A stretch of 64,000 bases of DNA from Dictyostelium discoideum (taxonomy: Eukaryota): positions 160,001 through 224,000 of the forward strand of contig CM000154.2 in the NCBI GenBank assembly GCA_000004695.1, given 5' to 3'. The notes beneath the pieces were generated by a model that was not told where the DNA came from, made no database searches, and was given only the letters and a program-made list of their open reading frames with translations. Positions 1 through 12,702 of the stretch are shown here, one piece after another. Position numbers and translations under genes: made by a program. Positions within the stretch are counted from its first letter, which is position 1. Every line of letters begins with the position of its first letter.

Positions 1-189
1 GAACATGATTACATTCGTGCCCATTACATTCATGATTATGATGTTTGTCCATCTGTTGTTTCTTTTTGTTTTTTTTATTATTTTTTTATTTTTTTATTTT
101 TTCATTTTTTTTTCAATTCCCAAAAATAAATTTTTTATGACTTTAAAAAAAAAAAAAAATTTCCTTTTCATCTTCTTTTTTTTTTTTTT

Positions 190-642
190 AACAATTATCC
201 AATTTTATTTATTTTTAATATGAATTTAGTATAGATAAATATAAAACTCTAAAATACACAAATCATATTAAAAATAATAAAAAAAAATAAATGTTACCAT
301 TCTTTTTTTTTTTTTTGAATTTTTTTAACCAATTTAAAATTTTATTCTAAAAATAAACCAAATCAAATCAATTTTTTATTTTTTATTTTTTATTTTTTTT
401 ATAAAAATCTATTTTTTTATATAAAATTTATTCCCTACTTGTTGTTCAAAATAAAAAAACAATTACAAAAAATGTGTGTTAAAAAATTAAATTTAAGATT
501 CTAAAAAAAAAAAAAAAAAATTTTATAAAACATAATGATTACATTCATTTTTTTTATATTTTATATCATTTTGTGTATTTTTGAATGTTCTATTTATCTA
601 TACTAAATTCATATTAAAAATAAATAAAATTGAATAATTGTT
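190..642. mobile_element. Putative small non-autonomous (MITE-like) element. Roughly 105-bp imperfect terminal inverted repeats (190..302 and 534..642) flank a 230-bp AT-rich core.
   Basis: The reverse complement of 217..300 (…atttgtgtattttagagttttatatttatctatactaaattcatattaaaaataaataaaattggataattgtt) matches 566..642 (…attttgtgtatttttgaatgttctatttatctatactaaattcatattaaaaataaataaaattgaataattgtt) at about 90% over some 85 bp. The ataattgtt ends lie outermost. A third copy of the same unit lies at 12447..12529. Confidence 0.4.
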
Positions 643-1055
643 AAAAAAAAGAAAAACAAATAAAAAAAAAAAAAAAAAAAAAAGAAAAGTAAAATGAAAA
701 AAAAATGAAAATATTTTTTTTTTTTATTTTTTTTTTTATTTTTTTTTTAATTTGCTCATTTGCAGAAATAAAAAAAAAAAAATATGCGATAATTTTTTTC
801 ATTAAAAACATTATTAAAAAAAAAAAAGTAAAAATATATATATTTACAATTCTAAACATTTATTATATGTTATTAGAAATACTTAAATATGATGGATCCA
901 TACGCAACAACTCATAGAAGATTGAAACAGATACAGTTTGTATTTTTAGTAAAAAAAAAAAAAAAAAAAAAAATAGAAAAAATTACAAAATCTATATATT
1001 AACATTTTTATTTTTATTCTTTTTAATTGTTTAAAACTACAATAGGGGTCATTTT

Positions 1056-2182
1056 ATGACACCACAATCATTAAGAGTACTACCACAATTTACATTAAAT
1101 TCATTAAATAATAAATCAAACATTTCTTCAATGTGGAGAAAATTAACAACTTCTTCTCGAGTATTTATTATTATTATTATTTAATATTTAATTTATAAAA
1201 AAAAAAATACATTATTTTTATTTTTTGGAAGTAATTATTAATATTTAATAATAATAATAAAATTAAAGATAGGAGCAGTATCAATACCACCATTAACAGC
1301 ATATTATATATTTAAATTATTTAAAGGAAAACATAGAAAATTTATAAATGATAAAGATATTGAAATTATTATAAAAGAGATCTCTGGTAATGATATATTT
1401 GATCAAGTTGTAAAATTAGCAAGTAAAGTCATTGGATTTTTGGGTGTAATTCAAATATCAAATAGAATGGAAACTCATTTAGGTGTAAAATTAACATTTT
1501 CAAAATCTTATCAATTATTAGTTACACTCTCTTCAATTTTAGATACAATTTTATCATTTACAAAATTAACTCAAAAGTTTGTATTTGAAATTAATAATAA
1601 AAAAAAAAAAAAAAAAAGAAAGGAAAAAAAATGTTAATTCTATTTTATTTTATTAACTAAAAATTATTTATTTATTATAAAAGATGGGGAATAATATTTT
1701 GTATAGTTAGTATTTTATATTGTATAATTAATATAAGAATGTTATATTTAACATTGGCACATAATAAAACGGTTGAAAGATTATTATCAGTGACAAGAAC
1801 AAAATGTCAAGGATTTAAAATGAATATACCAGCATTGGGGGCATGGGGATCAGTAGTTGCAATTACATTTTACATTTGGTTAAAAGAAGCAAAGAAATTA
1901 GCACAATCTACAGGTGGTATTTTAACGATGACAGCTTTTCTTTTATCAGCAATCGCAGCGATTAGAGTTGGATTAAGAGCTGCAATGACATCTTTTCCAG
2001 GTTTAACACCTTTTGAAGGTAGTTCTGCAGTTGTAATCGCTATTATTTTAGGTGCATTACCATTAATACCTTATTATACAACTTCTGAATGGTCAAGAAC
2101 TCTATTATCAGGTTATTTATCAATTGTAATTTCAATGATAATTAATTCATTTTTTGCTTGGAAAACTCCTTCAATGCTTTAA
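1056..2182 (+). CDS. Putative multi-pass membrane protein, possibly mitochondrial. 3-exon model join(1056..1160,1269..1576,1684..2182); function unknown.
   Basis: The ATG at 1056 opens a 35-codon exon (MTPQSLRVLPQFTLNSLNNKSNISSMWRKLTTSSR) with no acidic residues, resembling a mitochondrial presequence, and ending at a GTATTT donor. Exon 2 (1269..1576) is an open frame (IGAVSIPPLTAYYIFKLF...TKLTQK). A phase-2 donor AA|GTTTGT joins the acceptor ...ttataaaag at 1683 into the 1739..2182 ORF frame, which is open back to 1657 and strongly hydrophobic. Alternatively these are two separate small genes: exon 2 can also read through into a poly-Lys tail and stop at 1637. Confidence 0.3.
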
Positions 2183-2246
2183 ATAAAATAAAATAAAATA
2201 AATAAAAAAATAAAATAGTTTTTTTTTTTTAAAAAGTAATATTTAT

Positions 2247-4858
2247 TTAATGATCATAATTATTTATTGGATTATTATCATTATTATTATTATTATTACT
2301 ATTTAAAATACTATTATTTAAAGCAGATATTAACGGACTACTTCCACTCCTTTTTTTAACAATTGTATTATTATTATTATTTATATTATTATTATTATTA
2401 TTATTATTAATATTATTTATATTATTTAAAAAGTTATCATTATTTAAAATTGTTTCAGTTGTTGAGATGAAATAATGATTAATTTCTTTTAAACTCCATG
2501 AATAAATTTGATTAGATTGATGAAATGTTAATAATTGAAATGATTGATCATGAATTGTTGGTTCACAACCACCAAATGTTGAAATAAGTATTCTTTGTAC
2601 CTTTGTTTTATCCATTAATGGAATTATTAAAATTGGTGTTGATGGTAATTCATAGTCAAGAGCACATATTGCATTTCTATGACTACCAGCGAATACCAAT
2701 AGATTATTAGATTGATCAATAACAACTTTAATTTGATTATATGATGAGAATTTAAAATTTCCATCTAAATTATATTGATTATTTTCTTTTTGGTTATTTG
2801 AATTTGATGTAAAATGTAAATCTTTTTGATTTTTAAATTTAAAAATATTAAAATAATTATTATTATTATTAATAATATCATTTATTGAAAAACTATTATC
2901 ATCATTATTATCGTTATTATTAAAAAGATTATTTGAATTTGATATTGAAGATAAAGAAATACAACCAATACATTTTGTACTTGAACCAGTGTAAACACTA
3001 TTTCCAGTTACTCTTTGTTGTTGTTTATTAAAAATGAAATGCCAACTCTTTGAAATACCACTTGTAGAGATTGCATTAATAAATACACCTTCTTCACCAC
3101 CACTAATGAGTACTTTTGAAATTGGATCATCACCTTCATTACATAATGTATAGGTTGAAGCAAAATAAAATCTATCCATATTATCACGTACACTTTTATA
3201 AAGGAAATGAACTACACCATCATCAGTACCCAATACTAATACTGATTTTAATCTACCACCATTTGTAATTATTGATGAATTTAAACATGTTACTAAGGGT
3301 GAACAATTATTATTATTCCTTATTCTTCTTTTATTTATAATTTCATTTATTATATTTTGTTGATTATTATTATTATTATTATTTTCATTTCCATATATTG
3401 AATTTGGGTTATTATTATTATTAATATTTGTGTTGTTGTTGGTTATGTTATTATTATTATTTGTTAAAGAGAAACCAAATGTATTATGAAAAAATTCAGG
3501 ATCATATAGTTTATAAATTTCATCTATTGACCATTCCCAATTTCTTTTTATATTTTGTTTTAGTTCATACACTTTACTATTTGAACATGCAATAAATAAT
3601 GAACTTTCATTTGAATTTGCTATTCCCGAAACTCTATCCTCCAATATTATTACTTTAAAATTATTATTTTGATTATTTTGATTATTTTGATTATTTTGAT
3701 TATTTTGGTTAATTTGATTATTTTGATTAATTTGATTATTATTTGAAACTAAATTAATTTGATCAGCTAAATCAACGATTGTAATTAAACCATACATTGA
3801 TATACAAGCTAAAAATGAATTACTAATTAAGAAATGAAAATAATCAATATCATGATTAATTGTAATATCCCTTTCTTTAATCTAAATGTAATAATTAATA
3901 CTTTTTGCACTATTACTTTATGTTTAAAAAAAAAAAAAAAAAAAAAAATTACCTACTTTTACTTTCATATGATGATAATCTAAATCTATGAACCAAATTA
4001 AAACTTTTCTTTCAGTAGAAGTACGTGCTGCTAATGAAAATGATGTTGTTTCATTTAAATCATTTTTCAATATTCTTGCGGTTAACTCTTTAATATGATA
4101 TTCATTTGAAAAACAAAGATGTGTTAATATTTTAACCCATTGAAATGACATTCCCTTATATCTATAATTTATTATTTTTATATTAATATATGTATTCTCT
4201 CTATTATTACTTTTAATATTTATACTTGCATCCAAATTTCTAAATAACCATCATTAAAATACAATGCCATAATATTTGCTTTTATTACTGCATGTAGTAT
4301 TTTCCTATTGTTATTATTACTATTATTGATAATAATATTATTATTATTTGAAGTTAATGGTAATTTTGAAATGAAATAAATTCCACCTGCTACACTTGTA
4401 ATATTTGAAATATTTATTTTATGTTGAATTAATGCAGATAATCTATCAACACCATAAAAGTCAACTTCTCTATAGACATTATTTAAAGACATTCTATATG
4501 GTAATGTAAATGTTCCTGTTCTCATAAAACTGAGTATTGGTGAAAATAACTCTCCATCTCTATCAATAAAATAATAACCTATATTATTTTGTATTTAAAA
4601 ATTAATATCAAAATAATTATCATCAATATATTCTACTACTACTCTTTTAATGAAGTGGGATTAAGAGGTATTCTTTTTTTTTTTTCAAATCATCATCATA
4701 CCTTTTGAGTCTATAACTGTACCACAATCACTATTTAATAATCCATTAAAAAAACTACTATTTAATATTAATGTTTCTCTTGTGGTAATGTATTTAAATC
4801 CACCAATATTTAATTTTATAATGTTATTATTATTGTTGCTATTAACAGAATGTAACAT
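2247..4858 (-). CDS. BTB/POZ (KCTD T1-type) domain protein with WD40-like repeats (KCTD3 / SHKBP1-like). Model complement(join(2247..3881,3963..4161,4263..4578,4702..4858)).
   Basis: The N-terminal exon encodes IKLNIGGFKYITTRETL...GYYFIDRDGELFSPILSFMRTGTFTLPY...VDFYGVDRL, the T1/BTB signature of KCTD proteins. The 3' exon (2247..3797 ORF, open upstream to 3881) has WD-like blocks (LVLGTDDGVVHFLY, ISGGEEGVFINAIS) plus poly-N and NQ repeats. The 4220..4525 and 3924..4235 ORFs are in different frames. I bridged them with a phase-2 donor TT|GTATTTT at 4262 and the acceptor aaattatag at 4162, about a 100-nt intron. This junction is the least certain part; a frameshift is the alternative. Start chosen at MLHSVNS (4858) after a poly-T leader. 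Confidence 0.5.
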
Positions 4859-5025
4859 TATGACAAAAATTGAAAAAAATAAAAAATAAAAATAAATCAC
4901 GAAATTTCATCAAATTTTTTTTTTTGTTTTTTTTTTTAATTTGGGTTTAATCAAAAAAAAAAAAAAATAATAAAAAAAATAAAAATCAAATATTTATTTT
5001 ATTTATAAAAAAAAATTAATTTTAT

Positions 5026-8000
5026 TTATTTAATTAATAAAGGATTAATTTTAACAGTATCTAAAGGTGGCCACATTGATTTTAAAATGTTTGGTTTAAT
5101 TGTATTAATATTTAACCAAGATAAATATTGATCAAATAGATAATTTGGATTTTCAATCCATTGTTGTAAGAGTTTTTCTTTGGTTGAGATACCTTTTGAT
5201 TTGAGGGTTGAAATTAATTGATAAACTTTTGATTGAGTATTCATTTGAACGATAATTGAAGGATTTGTATTTAAATAGGGTAATAGATATTTTAGAGGTG
5301 AGAAAACTTCGCCCTCTAGTAAAGCCTTGGCAAAGTAACGTATTGATTCCAATTTATCAGGATGATCAATTTTTAGCATTGGCAATTCCCAATGATGAAC
5401 ACCATAATTTGGTTTGATACAACATCTAACACGATCGTGTTTTAGTGAATAATGAGGTGCAGGTTGTTCCAATGGTTTAAACTCTGAACATAATGGTTTA
5501 CCCAATAATGGTAACCAAGATGGATTAATCTCTGTAACCAACTTCATATATGGTCTTGAAGTTTCAATGATATCACAATAGATTACATATTCAGCTTGAG
5601 TATTAACACCACCTAAATTTGAAGTTGGATGAATGAAACATGTTCCATCACCACCACCACTACTATTTGAATATGAGGTTGTGCAAGTTTGATATTCAAT
5701 TAAATGTTTTGGATGATTTTTACCAGTGATTGATTGAGTTTCTTTAACTTTTGAAATTTGATCAATTAAACCAGCTGTTATAACTTGTTTAATGAATAAT
5801 TCTTGTTTTTGAGTTGGTGGTTTAATTGATTGATCAGGATTAACTAAAGTTATAATTGGATTTGAAATTGGATCTAATTCATGATTGGTTTGATTAATTG
5901 AATTTACAATCTCTGTTAATTGATGACGAAGTTTATGAATTTCAGACATTGATTTTGTATTTAAAAAGTTTTGAGAACAAAAATGATCAATATCTTTTGG
6001 TGATTTTCTAATTTGGTAATCATAAGCACCAACAACTTTTAAAATTGATAAAAGATCAGATTCTTTGTGTAACCATTTTCTCATACTATTTCTAAGACGT
6101 TGAAGATGTTTTTGTCTTTCTTCTTTTTCTTTTTCAATAAATTCTTTTTCACTTTGTGATGATGAATCAATTTGTTGTTTTTCATTGTTATCATCATTTT
6201 CATCATTATTTTGATTTGCTTCATAGGCTTCTTTTAAAAATGGATCTTTAACAGTTAAAATTGAAACGATTGCAATGATATAAGGTAAACAATTATGCTC
6301 TTGACCTAATAATAACATTTTAGAATGACGTGGTGAAACTGGAAATTGTGACATTTTCATACCCAATTCAGTGATTGAAAAAGTTTTAACCTCTAAAGCA
6401 CCCAAATTAATTAAAGTACGTAATGCCAATTTCAAAGAAGATTCATCAGGTGGTGTTGGAAATGGAAAACCTGTAATTTTTTGAATACCCATACTTTTCA
6501 TTTGTAATATCATACCATCGATTGGGATCATTAAAATTTCAGGTTTTGAAAATTGTTGGAAATGATCATTGAAAACAGCACTTGAATAAATTCTATAGCA
6601 ATGACCTGGACCTGTTCTACCTGCTCTACCTGCTCTTTGATCTGCTGATGCTTTAGATGTCCAACCAACTTCAAAACTACTAATACCATTATCCTTATTA
6701 TAATATCTTTGTTTAACTCTACCTGTATCAACTACATATTTAATATTTGGTATTGTTAATGATGTCTCTGCCAAATTTGTTGCAACTACTACCAATCTTG
6801 ATCCTAATGGTGGTGTTTGAAAAACTCTCATTTGTTTTGATGTTGGTAATGTTGAATATAATGGTAATACAAATAATGGTCCTGCTGGTTTTTCATCATC
6901 TTCTGTAATTATATCTTCTTTACCAATTTCAAATTCATCTTCATCTTCATTATTATTATTATTATTATTTTCATTTTCATCAACTTCTTCTTCTTCTTCA
7001 ACTTCTTCTTCTTCAACTTCTTCTTCTTCAACCTCCTCTTCTTCAACCTCCTCTTCTTCAACCTCCTCTTCTTCAACCTCCTCTTCTTCAACCTCCTCTT
7101 CTTCAACTTCTTCTTCCTCTACTTCTTCTTCATCATTAACAATAAATTGATCATCATTTAAAACATCTAAATTTTCAATATCATCATTATCATCATCATT
7201 ATCATTATCATCATCATCATCATGATTATCAATATTAAAAGTATCATCAACAGTATTATCAAAATCAAAATCTTCAGCATCACCATAAACTAAATTACTT
7301 GATTTAATATTATTTTGATTTTCTTGATCATCAGATTTAAATTGTTGATTAATTTTATCAATTTCAACTTTAAAAGATTTATTGATTGCTTTAATTGGGA
7401 AAGCTCTTCTTAATTTTGAACAAAGATATTCAATTTCTTGTTTACCTGTAACGAAAACTAAAATACCACCAGATGGTAGGTTTTTATGAATTTTCACCAC
7501 TTTTTTATAACATTCATCGATATAGTTAACTAATTCAGTTTTCTTATTGAAATGGATTGTAACAGGGAATTGTCTAGTTGGTATATTGATGACTGGTGGT
7601 GGTCTAGAAAATAAAGTTTTATTCTTTGTAAAATCTTCAACTCTTAAAGTTGCTGACATCACCACTAATTTCAATGGGTAAATCATATCCACACCAATGG
7701 TACCATTGGCTTTATTAGTAGCCAATGATTTTAAATATAATTTCTTTCTTAATGGTACAATTCTTGATAAAAGTCCAATTAAAATATCAGTATTTAAATT
7801 ACGTTCGTGTGCTTCGTCGATTAAAATTGAAGAATATTGTGATAGGAGGAAATCAGTTTGAACCTCTCTCATTAAGATACCATCAGTCATAAATTTGATT
7901 TTATTAACACTACTATCTAATTTCTTATCATAACGAATTTGGTAACCCACTTCCTTACCAAACTCAACGTTTAACTCTTCAGCGACACGTTTTGCTGTTG

Positions 8001-9507
8001 AAACAGCAGCCACTCTTCTTGGTTGAGTTACACCAATAATTCCTGGGAAATCACCACTTTCACGATGACCAAAACCACTTTCATATAGGAATTGTGGGAC
8101 TTGGGTAGTTTTACCAGACCCTGTTTCACCACAAATGATTACCACATCATTATCTTTAATTTTTTCAACAATACTATGCTCTTCCAACATAATTGGTAAA
8201 TTATCTCTAACTGCATCAATCTCTGGTTTACGTTCAACTTTAACATTAAATACATTATATTCAATTGGTTTTGCATCAACCTCTTCACTCATTGCATCTT
8301 CAATAGTTTCAATACCTGTCTTTGTACTTAAAAATACTTCCCTATTCTCTTCTTCCTCTTTACCAAATACTTCAATTGAATAATTATATCTATCAATTTC
8401 ACTATTAACTTGATTAGCAATTTCTTCCAATTCCTCCTTTTTAATTTCTTCTTCTTCTTCTTCTTCTTTAACTTTTTCTTCAACTTTATTTTTTTGTTTT
8501 TTATTTTGTTTTTTATTTTCATTTGTTTTTGTTTTAATTGTATTTATATTTGATTGTGTAGTAGTAGTTGTTGTAGTAGTAGTTGTGGTTGTTGTAGTTT
8601 GTGTCTTATTATTATCATTTACTTTCTTTTTCTTTTTAGTATCATTTTCAGATTGTTCAATTGTTTTTCTCTTTTTTTGTTCTGTTTCAGGTTGTGGTGG
8701 TGGTGGTGGTGGTGGTGGTTGTTGTTCTTCTTTATTATTATCTTTAGTATGTTTATTATTATGTTTTTTAATTTCAACATTTTTATTTGTACTATTTAAT
8801 TCAATTGTATTTTCATCTTCAGAATCATCTTGTTCTTTTTGTTGATCTTTTAAATAGGAACCTTTATCTTGATGAGAATCATTATATTCTTGATAATCTC
8901 TTTCAACATCTTGATCTTTCCAAAAGAAGAATTTCTTTTTTGATTTCTCTTCTCTACGTTTTTCAATTGCTTTATGTTGTTTATCAAATTCGATTCTATC
9001 TAGAGTTTCTGGTTCCAATTGTGGTATTTCAATTGGTGTACTCTTTTCAATGATTGGTTCTAAATAGTCATCCCAATCATCTGATATTTTCTCTGGTCTA
9101 ATCACTTTTTTATTTATATCTGCATCTTTAAAATATTTTATATCTTTTGGTATTAATCCTACAACATTTAATTCTGCTTCTTTCTTTTGTCTTTCAATAG
9201 ATGCTTTATTAGTTTCTTTACTACCAATACTTGCTGAGGTTTTTAACAATTCTCTATTTTTTTCACTCATTGAATTAGTTCTATAAAAAAAAAAAAAAAA
9301 AATATATTTTAATTTATTAGTAATTTATAAAACAATATATGTGTGTGTATGTATGAATGTATGTAAGATACTTTACTGTAATTGATCCATTAAAACTTTT
9401 CTTTCAGCATGTTTATCAATTTTCTTTCTGATTGTTGCTTTTAATCTCTCCTCTCTTGTTAACTTTTTTTTCTTTGCCAACGCTCTTTTTAATGCATCTG
9501 TAGTCAT
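5026..9507 (-). CDS. dhx37: DEAH-box ATP-dependent RNA helicase, DHX37/Dhr1 (Ecm16) orthologue. complement(join(5026..9280,9377..9507)), about 1461 aa.
   Basis: Motifs read directly: GETGSGKTTQVPQFLYE (I), IDEAHERN (DEAH box, II), MSATL (III), FVTGKQEIE, QRAGRAGRTGPGHCYRLYS (VI), plus an OB/HA2-like C-terminal half. The long acidic N-terminal region is typical of DHX37. A 44-codon upstream ORF (MTTDALKRALAKKKKLTREERLKATIRKKIDKHAERKVLMDQLQ, ATG 9507) ends in CA|GTAAAGT. A 96-nt AT-rich intron ending tttttttatag at 9281 joins in frame (…LQ-Q-TNS-MSEKNREL…) to the ATG (9270) used by the ORF track. Confidence 0.8.
6984..7130 (-). repeat. In-frame 15-bp coding minisatellite (units ttcttcttcaacctcctc and variants) encoding (VEEEE)n in DHX37.
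   Basis: Five perfect copies of acctcctcttcttca (7030..7105) are flanked by acttcttcttcttca variants. This translates on the minus strand as VEEEEVEEEEV... in the 1414-aa ORF. Confidence 0.85.
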
Positions 9508-9674
9508 TTTATAAAATTACTATTATCCAAATAAATGAATAATTTAGTTCTGTGTATATAAATTAATTGGGAAAAAAAAATAAGATTGTGTAAAAAAAAA
9601 TAAAAATTGGAAAAAAAATTAAAAATATTAAAAAAATAAAAAATAAATTTGTAAAAAAAAAAACGAACGAAAAA

Positions 9675-9725
<51 letters not shown>

Positions 9726-9844
9726 CCAATTTAAGTCTTAAATTAAATTAATGAAATATAAAATAATTACATGAATAATGTTTAGAATTTTTTAAAAATT
9801 ATAATAATAATTAACATATGTTTTTTATTTTTTTTTTTTTTTTT

Positions 9845-11686
<1,842 letters not shown>

Positions 11687-12097
11687 ATTATAAATGTCTG
11701 TTTTAATGTATCATTACATTTGGAGAAGAAGAAAAAAAAAAAATAAAAAAAAAAAATAAAAAAAATAAAAAAAATAAAAAAATAAAAAATTTCATCGTTG
11801 TGACAAAACATTACCTGTTCAAAAAAAAAAAAAAAATATTTTTTTTTTTTTTTTTTTTTGCGACACAATAAGTTTTCATTTTAAAAAATAAATAAAAAAA
11901 ATATTTTTAAATATCTAAAGATTCTAATCTCTTTTATTAGTTTTTTAAATTTTATTAGATAAACTAACACCAATGGTCAAACAAAATGTTTTTGCTGAAA
12001 TTAATAATGGTTTTTTCAAACTCATTCAGTTTTAACTTCGAATGGTTTAATCTATGGCGCAAAGTTTAGAAATGTTAATGACGATTTTCAAGTGAAA

Positions 12098-12363
12098 CAG
12101 GAATTTGAAAAAAACCACTTCCCAAAGTCGTATCAGGTGGCCAATTTTTATCAAGGAAAGCTGTATCATCAAGTGCCTCCCTCTGTCTCTTGATGATTCA
12201 GCCTTCCTTGACAAAAATTGCCCACCTGATACGACTGGGAAGTTGGTTTTTCAAATTCAATCTGTAGAACAATTTCTTGATTGACGAAAGGCATATATTA
12301 TATATTCACCCAATATTTTGATTCTTCTCTGATCGAGTGAATATATAATATATAAATTTTAAA
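12098..12363. repeat. Hairpin-forming element: a near-perfect 167-bp palindrome (12098..12264; 75-76-bp arms about 90% complementary, 15-nt loop) plus a second perfect 17-bp-arm hairpin (12293..12309 / 12347..12363). Candidate MITE or structured ncRNA.
   Basis: The left arm caggaatttgaaaaaaaccacttcccaaagtcgtatcaggtggccaatttttatcaaggaaagctgtatcatcaag reverse-complements the right arm cttgatgattcagccttccttgacaaaaattgcccacctgatacgactgggaagttggtttttcaaattcaatctg with about eight mismatches. Around the loop tgcctccctctgtct, complementary sub-stems tcaaggaaagctg/cagccttccttga and atcatcaag/cttgatgat continue the palindrome. Downstream, atatattatatattcac...gtgaatatataatatat is a perfect inverted repeat. 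The element is markedly more G+C-rich than its surroundings. Confidence 0.6.
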
Positions 12364-12446
12364 ATAAAAAATATACTCACCCATCAAACCAATTTTTTTA
12401 TTTTTTTTTTTTTTTTTTTTCATATCTATTTTTTTTATTATAAATG

Positions 12447-12529
12447 TCATTTTTTGTATTTTTGTGTGCTCTATTTATCTATACTAAATTCATATTAAAA
12501 AAAATGAATGTAATCATTCTAGAATTGTT
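12447..12529 (+). repeat. Third copy of the dispersed repeat unit (tcatttt..gtatttttgtgtgctctatttatctatactaaattcatattaaaa…aatgtaatcattctagaattgtt), immediately downstream of the palindromic element.
   Basis: A 58-bp core is about 90% identical to 567..625 and to the reverse complement of 217..275. The tail aatgaatgtaatcattct resembles aaatgttaccattct at 285..302. Confidence 0.55.
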
Positions 12530-12539
12530 TTTTTATTTT

Positions 12540-12668
12540 TTATTTTTGTGATAAAATATAATTTTCCATATTTGAATATACAATACTACCTAACCCACTT
12601 GCAGGGTCAAAACCAGTTATAGCCTTATAACCAAATTCACAGCAATACATACGATTACAATTATTATT

Positions 12669-12702
<34 letters not shown>

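Noticed and set aside
5-917. ORF-track entries 5..223 (+), 641..859 (-) and 705..917 (+) with F/I/K-rich translations
   Set aside because: These are translations of poly(T)/poly(A) and A/T-only intergenic sequence inside the inverted-repeat element. There is no codon structure and no G/C-containing codons.
6909-8845. ORFs 6909..7106 (-), 8328..8522 (-), 8554..8799 (+), 8585..8845 (+) and 8787..9053 (+) with poly-K/R, poly-W or poly-G translations
   Set aside because: They are alternative-frame or antisense readings of the DHX37 coding minisatellite and homopolymer-codon runs, nested entirely inside the helicase ORF.
11978-12064. 28-codon ORF MFLLKLIMVFSNSFSFNFEWFNLWRKV upstream of the palindrome
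   Set aside because: It is too short, has no splice continuation, and lies within a probable repeat or regulatory region. It is noted only as context for the hairpin element.
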